Positions 52,315 to 62,946 of a DNA stretch of 64,000 nt are shown here, piece after piece (position 1 is the stretch's first letter; each line of letters starts with the position of its first letter). Where the stretch lies: NCBI GenBank assembly GCA_049325335.1, contig JBMOMC010000043.1, forward strand, positions 309,852 to 373,851, given 5' to 3'. This DNA is from Nitrospirota bacterium. GTDB lineage: Bacteria; Nitrospirota; Nitrospiria; 2-01-FULL-66-17. The notes under the pieces were generated by a model. The model was not told the origin of the DNA, did no database searches, and saw only the letters and a program-made list of their open reading frames with translations. Both the position numbers and the translations under genes were made by a program.

Positions 52315-53119
52315 CCCGCGCGCACCGAAACCCGATGTCGCGGAACCGTTGGTCGGGCGCGTGATAGAAGCGGTATGCGGCGCGGTAGAAGTGGGCCACG
52401 GTGTAGTGCCCGGCTGATCCGCCCCAACTGCTGTTGCGCACGCTGCGGAACTTCTCTCCGAATGCCGGGCTTGTATCGGTGGACCCGGGGTAGGCTTGAT
52501 ACCAATCCGCGACCCACTCCGACACATTGCCCGCCATGTCGTACGCCCCGTGCGGACTGACGCCCTGGGGGAAGCTGCCGACCGGCGCAAGCCCCGTGCT
52601 CCCGATGTTGCCCTTCGTGGCATCAAATTCGTTCCCCCACGGATATTCGCGTCCGTCGGTCCCGCGCGCGGCTTTTTCCCACTCGGCTTCGGTGGGGAGA
52701 CGCTTCCCGGCCCATCGGCAAAAGGCGTCCGCCTCGAACCAGGTGACGCCGGTCACGGGCCAGGTGACTTGCTCAGGAGGAAAACGTCCGTCCGGCCATG
52801 TAGGGGGCGAGGGCGCGCGGGTCGCGTCGATGTAGGCGCGGTATTGTTGGTTCGTCACTTCGTAAGCGTCGATTTCGTACGCGGGCAATGTCACCGTGCG
52901 TTGGGGGTGTTCGTCCAGAAACAACGGTTTGGCGGTCCCGAACTCCGTGCCTTGCTGCGCGGTATCGACCTGATCGCTGCCCATGATGAAGTCGCCCTCT
53001 GGTATGCGAACCATGTCGCCGATCTTGGGCGGGCGCGCCGGGTCGCGGCCCGCGGGCTTCTGGCATCCGAGCGCAACGGTCAGCGCAAGAAACAGCGCGA
53101 CCGCGGCCACGCGCGTCAC
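52301..53119 (-). CDS. FGE-sulfatase/SUMF1-domain lipoprotein 2
   Basis: Lipobox ALG-C; RLPTEAEWEKAARG, DMAGNVSEW, GFRCA; GTG overlaps the upstream TGA. Confidence 0.9.
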   Translation of the reverse strand: MTRVAAVALFLALTVALGCQKPAGRDPARPPKIGDMVRIPEGDFIMGSDQVDTAQQGTEFGTAKPLFLDEHPQRTVTLPAYEIDAYEVTNQQYRAYIDATRAPSPPTWPDGRFPPEQVTWPVTGVTWFEADAFCRWAGKRLPTEAEWEKAARGTDGREYPWGNEFDATKGNIGSTGLAPVGSFPQGVSPHGAYDMAGNVSEWVADWYQAYPGSTDTSPAFGEKFRSVRNSSWGGSAGHYTVAHFYRAAYRFYHAPDQRFRDIGFRCARGVRP

Positions 53120-54336
53120 AGAAACAACCCGAAACGATTGAAGAACCGACGGAGGGGCGTGCGATCGGGATCGGAGAACCGGCTGATTCCGACGCGGGTG
53201 CCGAACCACTTGTTGCCTTCTTTATCCACCCCGATGGAGTAGACGAAGTTGTCGATCAGGCCGTCTCGGGTGGTGTACGTGCGCCAGCGCGTGCCGTCGA
53301 ACCAGCTTGCGCCGCCGTCGGTTCCGGCCCAGAGGAGGCCGTTGTGATCAACCGCCAAGGCAAAGACAAAATTGCCGCCGAGGCCGTCGGCCTTGGAATA
53401 CGTGGTCCAGGTTCGGCCGTCAAAGCGTGACACGCCGCCGCCGTAGGTGCCGAACCACTTTCGGTTGTCCCGGTCCACGGCCGCGGAAACCACGTAGTTG
53501 GGGTTGGTGGCCGCGGCTTGTTTCGAGGGGTCGAGATGGTGCGGGTTGCCGAACGCATAGGACGGGTCCTTCACGATTTCGCCGGTGTCGAACCCGAGTC
53601 CGTCGGCGTGCGTGTAGCTTGTCCACTTCACCCCGTCGAAACTGGATACGCCGCCCTCGGTGCCGAACCACATCACGTCGCGTTGGTCGATGGCGATCGC
53701 ATAGACCCACTTATCCACCAAGCCTGCGTCCACCGAATACGTGGTAAATCCGCACGGCGTCGCCAGTGCAGAACGAGAATCGGGGCGTCTGCGGTTCTCT
53801 CGGGCGGCGGAACACCCCTCGTCGAACAGGCTCACGCCCTTCCAGGTCGCCACCCACATCCGGCCTCGGCGGTCGAACGCCACGTCGTACACCCACAGAT
53901 CGCCCAGGCCTCGCCCCTGCGGGTAAGGCGCCCAACTGCCGCGGTAGTCGGTGGTGAGGCCGGAGCCGTAGGGTGCATAGGTCGTCCATTGGTTGCCGTC
54001 GAACTTGGCGAGCCCGCCGCCGTACGTGCCGATCCACTTGTTGCCGTCCCGGTCCACCTCGATGGCGTAGACTCCTGTGCTCAACAACTGGCCTCCGGTG
54101 CTCGCCGGCGTATAAAGGTCGAAGTCCCTCTCCGTGCGACGGTCGTGGCGGATCACACCCCCGAACATGCCGAGCCAGAGATAATGATCCTCGAAGGCCA
54201 TGCTCATAACCCTCGCACGAGTGTTGACGTTGTGCCAGCGCGATGGCGCGGCCGCGCCGGCTGCTGATGAACCAGCGGCAAGGGCGACGGTCGAGATCAG
54301 AAGAACGGCCAATAACGTGGCGTGGCCACGACGCAT
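53116..54336 (-). CDS. Secreted two-component-regulator-propeller (Reg_prop) repeat protein
   Basis: Repeats of the form DxDGNKWxGTxGGxxxFDGxxWTTY. Confidence 0.88.
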   Translation of the reverse strand: MRRGHATLLAVLLISTVALAAGSSAAGAAAPSRWHNVNTRARVMSMAFEDHYLWLGMFGGVIRHDRRTERDFDLYTPASTGGQLLSTGVYAIEVDRDGNKWIGTYGGGLAKFDGNQWTTYAPYGSGLTTDYRGSWAPYPQGRGLGDLWVYDVAFDRRGRMWVATWKGVSLFDEGCSAARENRRRPDSRSALATPCGFTTYSVDAGLVDKWVYAIAIDQRDVMWFGTEGGVSSFDGVKWTSYTHADGLGFDTGEIVKDPSYAFGNPHHLDPSKQAAATNPNYVVSAAVDRDNRKWFGTYGGGVSRFDGRTWTTYSKADGLGGNFVFALAVDHNGLLWAGTDGGASWFDGTRWRTYTTRDGLIDNFVYSIGVDKEGNKWFGTRVGISRFSDPDRTPLRRFFNRFGLFL

Positions 54337-54401
54337 GAGGTGCCTCAGGAAGATTGAAAACTGTAGCAAAAACAGCGGTGATGACGCAACATGAAGGCAC
54401 G

Positions 54402-57209
54402 CTATTTCGCGCTCCGCAGGAACTGGCCGGTGAGTGAGCGTTCAACGCGCGCGACTTCATCCGGCGTGCCCGCGGCCACGATGTCCCCGCCCCCGTCGCC
54501 CCCTTCCGGGCCCAGATCGATCACGTAGTCCGCGTTGCGAATCACGTCCAGGTTGTGCTCGATCACCACCACGGTGTTGCCGGATTCCACCAGCCGGTTC
54601 AACACGTCCAGCAAGCGCTGGATGTCGGCAAAGTGCAGTCCGGTGGTGGGCTCATCGAGAATATACAACGTGTTCCCGGTGGCTCGGCGCGAGAGTTCTT
54701 TGGCGAGTTTCACGCGCTGCGCTTCGCCGCCGGATAGGGTCGTGGCGGACTGGCCGAGCCGCACATAGTCCAACCCCACGTCGTGCAGGGTTTCAACCTT
54801 CTGTCTGATCGCCGGGATCGCGGCGAAGAACTCCAAGGCTTGTTCCGCGGTCATGTCCAGCACGTCCGCGATCGCGCGGTCCTTGTAGCGCACGTCGAGC
54901 GTCTCACGGTTATAGCGGCGGCCGTGACAGGCCTCGCAGGTCACGTACACGTCCGGAAGAAAGTGCATTTCGATTTTGATCACGCCGTCGCCCTGACACG
55001 CCTCGCAACGGCCGCCTTTCACGTTGAACGAATACCGTCCCACCTTGTACCCACGCGCCTTGGACTCCGGGAGCTGGGCGAACAGATCGCGGATGAACGT
55101 GAATACCCCGGTGTAGGTGGCGGGGTTGGAGCGGGGCGTGCGGCCGATCGGGGACTGGTCCACGTTGACGACTTTATCCAACGACTCCGCGCCGGTAATG
55201 GCCCGGCACGCGCCCGGGCGGTCCGAGGCGCGGTAGAGCCGCTGCACGAGTGTCTTATAGAGAATGTCGATCACGAGCGTGCTCTTGCCTGATCCGGATA
55301 CGCCGGTCACGCAGGTGAGCAGGCCGAGCGGAATCGTCACGGTCAGGTCTTTGAGGTTGTGTTCGGTGGCGCCAACGATCGAGAGGTATTTCGTGGCCGG
55401 GCGGAGCCGCGGCGGGAGTTCGACCCGCAATTGTTTGGTCAAATACTTCCCGGTCAATGACGCGGGGTGTGCCATGATCGCGGCGGGCGGGCCCTCGGCG
55501 ACCACCGCGCCGCCGTGCAGGCCCGCGCCCGGTCCCATGTCAATCACGTGGTCTGCGGCCAGGATCGTCTCCTCGTCATGTTCCACCACCAGCACGGAGT
55601 TTCCGATGTCGCGCAGACGAGTGAGCGCGCTGAGCAGCCGCTGGTTGTCGCGTTGGTGGAGCCCGATCGACGGCTCGTCAAGGATATAGAGCACGCCCAC
55701 CAGCGACGCGCCGATTTGGGTGGCGAGCCGGATGCGTTGTCCTTCCCCGCCCGACAAGGTGGCGGCCGGTCGGTCGAGGGTCAAATAGTCCACGCCCACG
55801 TTGACCAGGAAGCCGAGGCGCTCTCGGATCTCTTTCAGAAGTCGGTCGGCGATGCGCGCGTCTTGTTCGCTCAACCGCAGGTCCCGCATGAAGCGGTCCG
55901 CGCCGCGAATGGAGAGCCGGGTGAGCCCTGCGATATTCAACCCGCCAACGGTCACCGCGAGGCTTTCCGGTCTGAGTCGCGCGCTGTTGCAGGCGGAGCA
56001 CGGTTGTTCGGTCATGTACTGCTCGAATTCCGAGTGCAGCACCGGCGAGGTGGTTTCTCGGTACCGGCGCTCCAAATTGGGGATCACGCCTTCGAACGGG
56101 CGCCGCACCGCGTGCCGCCTCCCGCCCTTGTCGATCCACTGGTCGATCAACTCCGGCCCGGACCCGTACAGGATCGCGCGCCGGTGGGCCTGGTCGAGCT
56201 GCTCGAAGGGTGCGCGCACCGAGAAGCCGTAGTGACGCGCCACGGCTTCCAGGAGGTCGTCGTAGTACGCGGAGGTTCGTTTCTGCCACGGCCGGATCGC
56301 GCCCTCGCGCAGGGAGAGTTCGGGATGGGGGGTCACCCGCGCCGGATCAAAGACCCGCATCACGCCCAACCCGTCGCAGGACGGACACGCGCCGTGCGGG
56401 CTGTTGAACGAGAACAGGCGTGGCTCGATCTCGGGCACGCTCGCGTTGCAGTGGCTGCACGCGAGGCGTTCGCTGAACAGATGATCCGTCGCGCCGTCCA
56501 CATTGACGATCGCCATGCCATCGCCCAGCGGCAGCGCGGCTTCCAGCGAGTCCGCCAAGCGTCGCTCGATGCCGGGTTTGACCGCCAGCCGGTCCACCAC
56601 GATCTCCACGGTGTGGGTCTTCTTCTTGTCCAACTCGACCACGTCTTCGATCTGGACCCACGCACCGTCCACGCGGGCGCGCACGAACCCTTTGCGGACC
56701 ATTTGCGCGAGTTCTTTCTTATATTCGCCCTTGCGCCCCCGCACGATCGGCGCCAGGACTTGGATCTTGGCGCCCTCGCGCAACGCCATGACCGCGTCCA
56801 CCATCTGCGAGACGGTTTGCGCCGCGATGGGACGGCCGCACCGGTGGCACGCGACCGCGCCCACCCGCGCAAAGAGCAGGCGGAGGTAATCGTACAGTTC
56901 GGTGACGGTCCCGACCGTGGAGCGGGGGTTGTGGCTGGTGGTCTTTTGTTCGATCGCGATGGCGGGGGAGAGTCCGTCGATCGAATCCACGTCCGGTTTG
57001 TCCATCTGTTGGAGGAACTGGCGCGCGTAGGCGGACAAGGACTCCACGTAGCGGCGTTGCCCCTCGGCAAAAATCGTGTCGAACGCGAGCGAGGATTTGC
57101 CGGACCCCGAGAGCCCGGTGATCACTACGAGTTTGTCGCGCGGGATCGTGACGTCGAGATTTTTGAGGTTGTGCGTCCTCGCGCCCTTGACGATGATCGA
57201 TGTCGCCAC
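54402..57209 (-). CDS. uvrA: Excinuclease ABC subunit A
   Basis: [14 protein letters not shown], two LSGGE signatures, zinc fingers. Confidence 0.98.
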   Translation of the reverse strand: MATSIIVKGARTHNLKNLDVTIPRDKLVVITGLSGSGKSSLAFDTIFAEGQRRYVESLSAYARQFLQQMDKPDVDSIDGLSPAIAIEQKTTSHNPRSTVGTVTELYDYLRLLFARVGAVACHRCGRPIAAQTVSQMVDAVMALREGAKIQVLAPIVRGRKGEYKKELAQMVRKGFVRARVDGAWVQIEDVVELDKKKTHTVEIVVDRLAVKPGIERRLADSLEAALPLGDGMAIVNVDGATDHLFSERLACSHCNASVPEIEPRLFSFNSPHGACPSCDGLGVMRVFDPARVTPHPELSLREGAIRPWQKRTSAYYDDLLEAVARHYGFSVRAPFEQLDQAHRRAILYGSGPELIDQWIDKGGRRHAVRRPFEGVIPNLERRYRETTSPVLHSEFEQYMTEQPCSACNSARLRPESLAVTVGGLNIAGLTRLSIRGADRFMRDLRLSEQDARIADRLLKEIRERLGFLVNVGVDYLTLDRPAATLSGGEGQRIRLATQIGASLVGVLYILDEPSIGLHQRDNQRLLSALTRLRDIGNSVLVVEHDEETILAADHVIDMGPGAGLHGGAVVAEGPPAAIMAHPASLTGKYLTKQLRVELPPRLRPATKYLSIVGATEHNLKDLTVTIPLGLLTCVTGVSGSGKSTLVIDILYKTLVQRLYRASDRPGACRAITGAESLDKVVNVDQSPIGRTPRSNPATYTGVFTFIRDLFAQLPESKARGYKVGRYSFNVKGGRCEACQGDGVIKIEMHFLPDVYVTCEACHGRRYNRETLDVRYKDRAIADVLDMTAEQALEFFAAIPAIRQKVETLHDVGLDYVRLGQSATTLSGGEAQRVKLAKELSRRATGNTLYILDEPTTGLHFADIQRLLDVLNRLVESGNTVVVIEHNLDVIRNADYVIDLGPEGGDGGGDIVAAGTPDEVARVERSLTGQFLRSAK

Positions 57210-57214
57210 GGAGG

Positions 57215-59599
57215 TTACGAGTCGGTGGCTAACGTGATGATCGTGGCGGCGTCGCCGCCCTCGGTCTCGTCGCCGGGTTGGTGCGACGAGACATACCGCG
57301 AATCAGCCAGGTGGGATCGAATCGCAGCCTTGAGCCGGCCGGTGCCGTGACCGTGCAACACGCGCAGGCGGGTGACGCCACTGGCGGCGGCCTGGTCGAG
57401 CGCACGATCAATCAACTCCAGCGCGGCATCCACGCGTTGGCCGATCACGTTGATCGTCTCGGGGCCTGGTTCGGGCGCGCTGGGACGGCCGCCGGATACA
57501 GGGGGTGCGCTTGGTGACTCCGACGTCTTCGCGGGACGGAGGTCGTTGGCGGGAACCGACACCTCGCGATCCCCCATGCGTACGCGCACGCGTTTGCGTC
57601 CGTGCGTGGCGTCCACCAGCACGCCGTCCGCGCGCAGCGACGCCACCCGCACGCGCGCTCCCGCCGGGTAATCGATCGGCGTCCCCGCCGGGTCCGGTTC
57701 CGAGGACTCCTGCTCGCGGGGCGCGGCCACGGCCGAGACTTTCGGGATCAACACACGGATCGTGCGCACATCGGGTTCGCGGCGCGCCTGATCCAGGATC
57801 GCATCCAGTTCCGTCTTGGCGCGGCGGACTTCGGCGGCCAGGCGTTCGCGTTTTGTGCTCGCAAAGGCTTCGCGCTCGCGCTCCAATTGCGCCGCGGCCG
57901 CGTCCTGACGCAAGGCGGCCTCGCGCGCCGCGGCCTCGAGCGCGGTCAGGTGTTCGCGAAGATCGGCCGCCACGCCGCGTTCACGCTCCAGCGCCGCGAT
58001 CGCCTGCCCCAGCGCCGCGGCTTGCGGGGCCACCAATCCACGCGCCCGTTCCAGGATCGACATCGGCAGTCCCAGGCGCGCCGCAACCTCGATGCCGAGG
58101 CTCGCGCCGGGACGGCCGAGCGCGAGGCGGTAGGTGGGCGTCATGGTGTCCACGTTGTACCCCATGCCCGCGCTGACGCGATCGCGTGCGCCGGGATCCT
58201 GCGCGGCCCACGCCTTGAGCGTGGTGTAGTGCGTGGTCACCACGGTCATCACGTTCCGGGCCATGAACGCTTCAACCATAGCTTGCGCCAGGGCCGCGCC
58301 CTCCTCCGGGTCCGTGGCGGTGGCCAGTTCGTCGAGCAGGATCAACGAGCCCGCGGGCGCGGTGTCGATCAACGCGCGCACCACGCGCACGTGCGCCGCG
58401 AACGTGGACAGGTCCCGCGCCAGGTCCTGATCATCGCCCGCGTCCATGAGCACGGCAGGGAAGACCGGAGAGATCGAATCGGAATCACACGGCAACGGCA
58501 TCCCGGCGCGGGTCATGAGCGCGGCCAGTCCCATGGCCTTGAGCAGCACGGTTTTCCCGCCGGTGTTGGGCCCGGAGATCACGAGGGCTCGGGCCTCGGG
58601 TTCGAGCGTCACGTCATTGGGCACGACCGCGATCCCGCGCAATGCGAGCAAGGGGTGGCGCAGCCCGCGCCACGCGATCTCCCGGGTTCGAGCGATGGTG
58701 GGTATCATGCCGTGATACGCAAGGCCCAGACGTCCTTTGGCTTGGATCACGTCGAGCGCGGTGAGAGTTTCGACGTTGGTTTCAAGGGCGCCGCGTTGCG
58801 CGGCGATCAGGTCCGTGAGACCGCGGAAGATCCGCTCGATTTCCTGCGCCACCGCCAGTTCGGCCCATTTGAGATCGTTGTTGGCCTCGACGAGTTCTTC
58901 GGGCTCGATGAACACGCTCGCGCCGCTGGCGGACAGTTCGTGGATGATTCCCGGGACTTTGGCGCGGTGTTCGATCTTGATCGGGAGCACGTACCGGTCT
59001 TCGCGTTGCGTCACGAAGGTGTCTTGCAGCCACGGCTCGTACTGGGGGGCGCGCAGCAACTCGCCGACGCGATCGACAATCGTCTGACGGAGGCGGTCCA
59101 CCTCGCGTCTCAGGTGGCGCAACTGGGGCGTGGCGGATTCGCGCAGGCGGCCTTGCGGGTCGATCGCCTCGTTCAGCTCGCGACGAACTTGGGGTAATTC
59201 GTGCAGCGTCTGCGCGCGGGCGGCCAAGCGGATGAGGTCGGCATTCGCGCTCAACACGCGTTTCACATCACGGACCTGGTCCAACACCACCGCGATCTCG
59301 CGACACTGCTCCGCGTTGAGTAGCCCGCCGGGCACGGCCGCGCACAGGGCGGGACGCGGATCTGAGTCGCCGGCGAACGGCAAATCTCCCGCGCGATCTC
59401 GGAGCGCGGTCCATTCCCGGAGTTCCTCGTACCGATCGGCGACGGCCTTGGCATCGCCGGTCCCGTTGAGCGCCGCGCAGCGCTGTTTCGCGATCGGGGT
59501 CACGGCATGTTCCGCGAGACGGGCGAGCAACGCGTGCCAATCCAGCAGCAGTTCGGTCCGGTGTTCGAGCTCGGTTCGGTGTGAATCAATGGGGATCAT
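57215..59599 (-). CDS. mutS2: Endonuclease MutS2
   Basis: [20 protein letters not shown]-terminal Smr domain (HGHGTG). Confidence 0.93.
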   Translation of the reverse strand: MIPIDSHRTELEHRTELLLDWHALLARLAEHAVTPIAKQRCAALNGTGDAKAVADRYEELREWTALRDRAGDLPFAGDSDPRPALCAAVPGGLLNAEQCREIAVVLDQVRDVKRVLSANADLIRLAARAQTLHELPQVRRELNEAIDPQGRLRESATPQLRHLRREVDRLRQTIVDRVGELLRAPQYEPWLQDTFVTQREDRYVLPIKIEHRAKVPGIIHELSASGASVFIEPEELVEANNDLKWAELAVAQEIERIFRGLTDLIAAQRGALETNVETLTALDVIQAKGRLGLAYHGMIPTIARTREIAWRGLRHPLLALRGIAVVPNDVTLEPEARALVISGPNTGGKTVLLKAMGLAALMTRAGMPLPCDSDSISPVFPAVLMDAGDDQDLARDLSTFAAHVRVVRALIDTAPAGSLILLDELATATDPEEGAALAQAMVEAFMARNVMTVVTTHYTTLKAWAAQDPGARDRVSAGMGYNVDTMTPTYRLALGRPGASLGIEVAARLGLPMSILERARGLVAPQAAALGQAIAALERERGVAADLREHLTALEAAAREAALRQDAAAAQLEREREAFASTKRERLAAEVRRAKTELDAILDQARREPDVRTIRVLIPKVSAVAAPREQESSEPDPAGTPIDYPAGARVRVASLRADGVLVDATHGRKRVRVRMGDREVSVPANDLRPAKTSESPSAPPVSGGRPSAPEPGPETINVIGQRVDAALELIDRALDQAAASGVTRLRVLHGHGTGRLKAAIRSHLADSRYVSSHQPGDETEGGDAATIITLATDS

Positions 59600-59676
59600 C
59601 GCGACCTGCCGAGCATAACAGGGGCCGGAAGGTCTCAGCAAGGCGCCTCCCGTACGGAGGAAAATTCATGCTTGTC

Positions 59677-59707
59677 TTGACACCGGCCTAGATTAGAATT
59701 ATTATTA
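59677..59707 (+). promoter_or_regulatory. perR promoter overlapped by a Per/Fur-like box
   Basis: TTGACA-17-TATTAT; TTAGAAT-T-ATTATTA at 59693-59707 versus the Per box TTATAATnATTATAA. Confidence 0.7.
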
Positions 59708-59711
59708 TTTC

Positions 59712-60122
59712 ATGCAATCGCAAGACGTGTCGCGGCTTCTGGCGGACAAAGCGCTCAAGGTTACGCCCCAGCGGGTAGCGGTATTGGAGTTCCTGCGCGG
59801 CAATACCACGCATCCGTCGGTTGACGACGTGTTTCAACAGGTGCGCAAGCGTTTCCCGTCGATCTCCCGCGCCACCATCTACAACACGGTTACAACATTG
59901 GTCGAGGCCGGGTTGCTTCAGGAGGTCATGATTCAGCAGGAAAAGACCCATGTGGACTGGAACGTGGATCGGCACCACCACTTTCAGTGTCTGAAGTGTG
60001 GAATTGTGAAGGACATCCAGTACGAGGCGCTGACCGCCGAGCAGGTGTCAAAGAAGGTGTCCGGTCACCTGGTGACCGGGGTCAAGGTGGTCATGGAGGG
60101 CGTGTGTGAGGGGTGCCGGTAG
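59712..60122 (+). CDS. perR: Fur-family regulator, PerR-like
   Basis: KVTPQR, THPS, ATIYN, HHHFQCLKCG, C-terminal CEGC; next to a peroxidase gene. Confidence 0.85.
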   Translation: MQSQDVSRLLADKALKVTPQRVAVLEFLRGNTTHPSVDDVFQQVRKRFPSISRATIYNTVTTLVEAGLLQEVMIQQEKTHVDWNVDRHHHFQCLKCGIVKDIQYEALTAEQVSKKVSGHLVTGVKVVMEGVCEGCR

Positions 60123-60141
60123 AATTTTTTTTGTTCAATAC

Positions 60142-60179
60142 TTAGACTAAGTATTATTTGGTATTTAGTTTCTTATAAT
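60142..60179 (+). promoter_or_regulatory. AT-rich Per/Fur-like operator and -10 upstream of the peroxidase gene
   Basis: TTAGACT-A-AGTATTA, and TATAAT at 60174-60179. Confidence 0.5.
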
Positions 60180-60207
60180 GAAGGCCTCATCGAGAGGAGA
60201 GAGGACC

Positions 60208-61290
60208 ATGCACAGGTTGCAACTGAACGGGAGGGGGAAGGTGTTCGCGAGGGGGGTAGTCAACGCGGCGTGGGCGGCTGCAGTCGGAGCGATGGTGGCC
60301 GCGCCTGCCTTTGCCGAGGGGATGGATGTGACGCGGGAGGCCAACAAGTACTTCAAACCGCTTCCCGAGACCATGGCCGCGCCCAAGGACAACCCGACGA
60401 CCGCGGCTCGGGTCGCCTTGGGCAAGATGTTGTTTTTTGAGCCGAGGCTGTCCAAGAGCAACACGATTAGTTGCAACACGTGCCACAATTTGGCCACCGG
60501 CGGTGTCGACAATCTACCGACTTCGATGGGCCATCTGGCGCAGTTCGGCCCGCGCAATTCGCCGACGGTCTTGAACGCGGGACTTCAGATCGCCCAGTTC
60601 TGGGACGGGCGCGCGGCCACGTTGGAGGATCAAGCCAAAGGGCCGATCCTCAACCCGCTTGAAATGGCGATGCCGGACGTCGACATGGTGCTCTCACGCA
60701 TCAGGACCATTCCGGAGTACGCGGAGCGGTTTCAGCGCGCGTTTCCCGGTGAACGTGATCCCGTCAGCTACGGCAATATCGCCAAAGCCATCGCGGCGTT
60801 TGAACGGACGTTGGTGACGCCGTCGCGGTTCGACGATTTTCTCAACGGCAAGGCCGATGCGTTGACGCCGACCGAGCAGCAGGGATTGTTGGTGGTGATT
60901 CAGAAGGGCTGCGTCGCGTGTCACAACGGCGTGGGCTCCGGGGGCGGACTGTACCAGAAGTTTGGAATCCGTGATCGGTACGAGTACAGCGACGATCACG
61001 GCCGCTACACCGTGACCAAGAACGAGCAGGACAAATATTTCTTTAAGGTGCCGATGTGGAGGAACGTGACCAAAACCGCGCCCTATTTCCACGACGGATC
61101 GATCTGGGATCTCAAAGAGGCGATCCGGATCATGGGGCGCCTCCAACTCGGGACGCACTTGACGGACCAAGAGGTTGAACAGATCGCGGCGTTCCTCCAC
61201 TCGCTGGAAGGCCGCGTTCCGGACGATGCGATGCGGTTGCCGGCGTTGCCCGCATCGACGTTGGCCACGCCCAAGCCGGTGTTTAAGTAA
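60208..61290 (+). CDS. Diheme cytochrome c peroxidase (CcpA/MauG family)
   Basis: LGKMLFFEPRLS, SCNTCH, RNSPTV, QFWDGRA, CVACH, TAPYFHDG. Confidence 0.93.
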   Translation: MHRLQLNGRGKVFARGVVNAAWAAAVGAMVAAPAFAEGMDVTREANKYFKPLPETMAAPKDNPTTAARVALGKMLFFEPRLSKSNTISCNTCHNLATGGVDNLPTSMGHLAQFGPRNSPTVLNAGLQIAQFWDGRAATLEDQAKGPILNPLEMAMPDVDMVLSRIRTIPEYAERFQRAFPGERDPVSYGNIAKAIAAFERTLVTPSRFDDFLNGKADALTPTEQQGLLVVIQKGCVACHNGVGSGGGLYQKFGIRDRYEYSDDHGRYTVTKNEQDKYFFKVPMWRNVTKTAPYFHDGSIWDLKEAIRIMGRLQLGTHLTDQEVEQIAAFLHSLEGRVPDDAMRLPALPASTLATPKPVFK

Positions 61291-61348
61291 TCGTTTGCCG
61301 TCGACAATAGGGTCGGCGGGATATGGGGTAACCGGAGAGGAGCACGCA

Positions 61349-61663
61349 ATGAAGGTTCGATGGTTTCACACAGTGTCCATGGCGGGGCTGCTCGCGGCAG
61401 TGGCCGTGAGCGCGCAAGCGCAAGACGACTACGCGCTCAAAGCCTCAGGAACCAACCCGTTGTACCCGGCGGTCTCAGCCGAGGCAACGTTCGTTGGCAA
61501 GGTCGCGCCGGCTGCTGAGGAGACTCATGGGTTGAATGCCGAGGAGACGAATCCGTTCTACGCCGGGATCAACCGAGCGGAGTCGGTGACGTTCACCGGC
61601 GGTGTTGCGCCGATGGTCGGCGACCCGTCGTTAAAAGCCGCGGACGTCAACCCGCTGTACTAG
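61349..61663 (+). CDS. Small secreted repeat protein (104 aa, three L[KN]AxxxNP[LF]Y motifs)
   Basis: Strong SD (GGAGAGGAG), AQA signal-peptidase site, internal repeats, downstream hairpin. Confidence 0.75.
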   Translation: MKVRWFHTVSMAGLLAAVAVSAQAQDDYALKASGTNPLYPAVSAEATFVGKVAPAAEETHGLNAEETNPFYAGINRAESVTFTGGVAPMVGDPSLKAADVNPLY

Positions 61664-61690
61664 GCGCAGGACGTTCCGGGTGTTACGCCA

Positions 61691-61722
61691 CGGGGCGTCT
61701 CTCTCAAACGGGAGACGCCCCG
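61691..61722. terminator. Hairpin between convergent genes
   Basis: CGGGGCGTCTC...GAGACGCCCCG. Confidence 0.75.
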
Positions 61723-61723
61723 A

Positions 61724-62494
61724 TTATTTCTGGGCATGGACCGGCGGGGGCGGGGCGGTGCATCCCACCGCCAACCACGTCCCGTATTGCCGTAGCCAGC
61801 GCCGGTGTGTGTCGTAGGCGGGGTCAACGTGCGCCAGACGACGCCAAAAACTCTGCGCGTGGGTGCGATCCGCCAAGTGGACGAGTTCGTGGGCGACCAC
61901 CGAGTCTAGGATGGCGGGCGGCGCCATCACCAAGCGCCAATTAAACGAGAGGTTGCCGGACGCGGAACAACTGCCCCATCGGGTGCGCTGGTCTCTGATC
62001 GAGACCCGCGCAAACCGATACCCTAAGGTCGCGTTCACCGCGTCCAGTCTCTTCGGAAAGATGCTCTCGGCTTGCCGCCGGTACCAGGCTTCCACCTCGG
62101 TCTGTAACGCGCGGCCACACCGAGCGCCGACGTGCAGCGTGCGGGTTGCCGGATCGTAACGAGGCCCTTCGCGCGAATCGTGGATCAGGTCGAGGCGCAC
62201 GCGCGCTCCCCGGAAGAACAATGCGCTGTCATGCGCCAGCGGCGCGAACCGGGGCGACGGATCGCGGGCCAGGCGATCCAGGTGTCGGGTGATCCACGCC
62301 GCGTGGGCATCCAGCAGGGCGGCGACGTTCAGCCGAGCGTTGACCGGCACCACGACTGAGAGCCCGGTGCGCGAGTGGATGGCCACGCGCCAGGCGCGCG
62401 CGCGTGGGCTGATCACGAGCCGGTACGTGACGGTTCGTCCACGCAACACCGCGGTATAGGTCAGAGGCAGTTCCGGGCCGCCGGCACCTCTCAC
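61724..62494 (-). CDS. YgjP-like/SprT-family (DUF45) metal-dependent hydrolase
   Basis: QRTRWGSCS, VVAHELVHL...H...FW. Confidence 0.9.
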   Translation of the reverse strand: MRGAGGPELPLTYTAVLRGRTVTYRLVISPRARAWRVAIHSRTGLSVVVPVNARLNVAALLDAHAAWITRHLDRLARDPSPRFAPLAHDSALFFRGARVRLDLIHDSREGPRYDPATRTLHVGARCGRALQTEVEAWYRRQAESIFPKRLDAVNATLGYRFARVSIRDQRTRWGSCSASGNLSFNWRLVMAPPAILDSVVAHELVHLADRTHAQSFWRRLAHVDPAYDTHRRWLRQYGTWLAVGCTAPPPPVHAQK

Positions 62495-62946
62495 GCGGGA
62501 CGCGCTGCGATCCGTTCCGCGGCCTTTTCCATGATGCCGCGTTCGCTCGGATAGGTCAGGCGTCCGAGCGCATCGTCCAACGCCCACCACCGCGCTTCTT
62601 CCACCTCGTGGTCGTGATCCGCGGTGTCCCCGCTCACGTATTCGACTAGGTAAAAGTGTACGGTTTTTTGGATCTTGGCGTGATCGCGCGGCGAGTAAAA
62701 CGAATAGGCGATCTGTCCCAGCGGCTCAACCAGGCGGCCGGTGAGGCCGGTCTCTTCGCGGATCTCGCGCAGCGCCGCGTTTTCAACCGTCTCCCCCGGC
62801 TCGACCCATCCCTTGGGCAAGGCCCAAATTCGACGATTGGAGGGGCTCACGCGCGCGATGAGCGCCACCTCCACGCGGTCTCCGGTCCGGCGGAAGACAA
62901 TTCCACCAGCGGATATTTGGTCCAACGGTCGCGAGGGGATGGCCAC
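62491..62946 (-). CDS. NUDIX hydrolase (Ap4A-hydrolase-like)
   Basis: SAGGIV, WALPKGWVEPGETVENAALREIREETGL. Confidence 0.93.
   Translation of the reverse strand: MAIPSRPLDQISAGGIVFRRTGDRVEVALIARVSPSNRRIWALPKGWVEPGETVENAALREIREETGLTGRLVEPLGQIAYSFYSPRDHAKIQKTVHFYLVEYVSGDTADHDHEVEEARWWALDDALGRLTYPSERGIMEKAAERIAARPA

Noticed and set aside
55467..59197. Long plus-strand ORFs (627 and 531 aa)
   Set aside because: Shadow frames of uvrA and mutS2, expected in high-GC DNA
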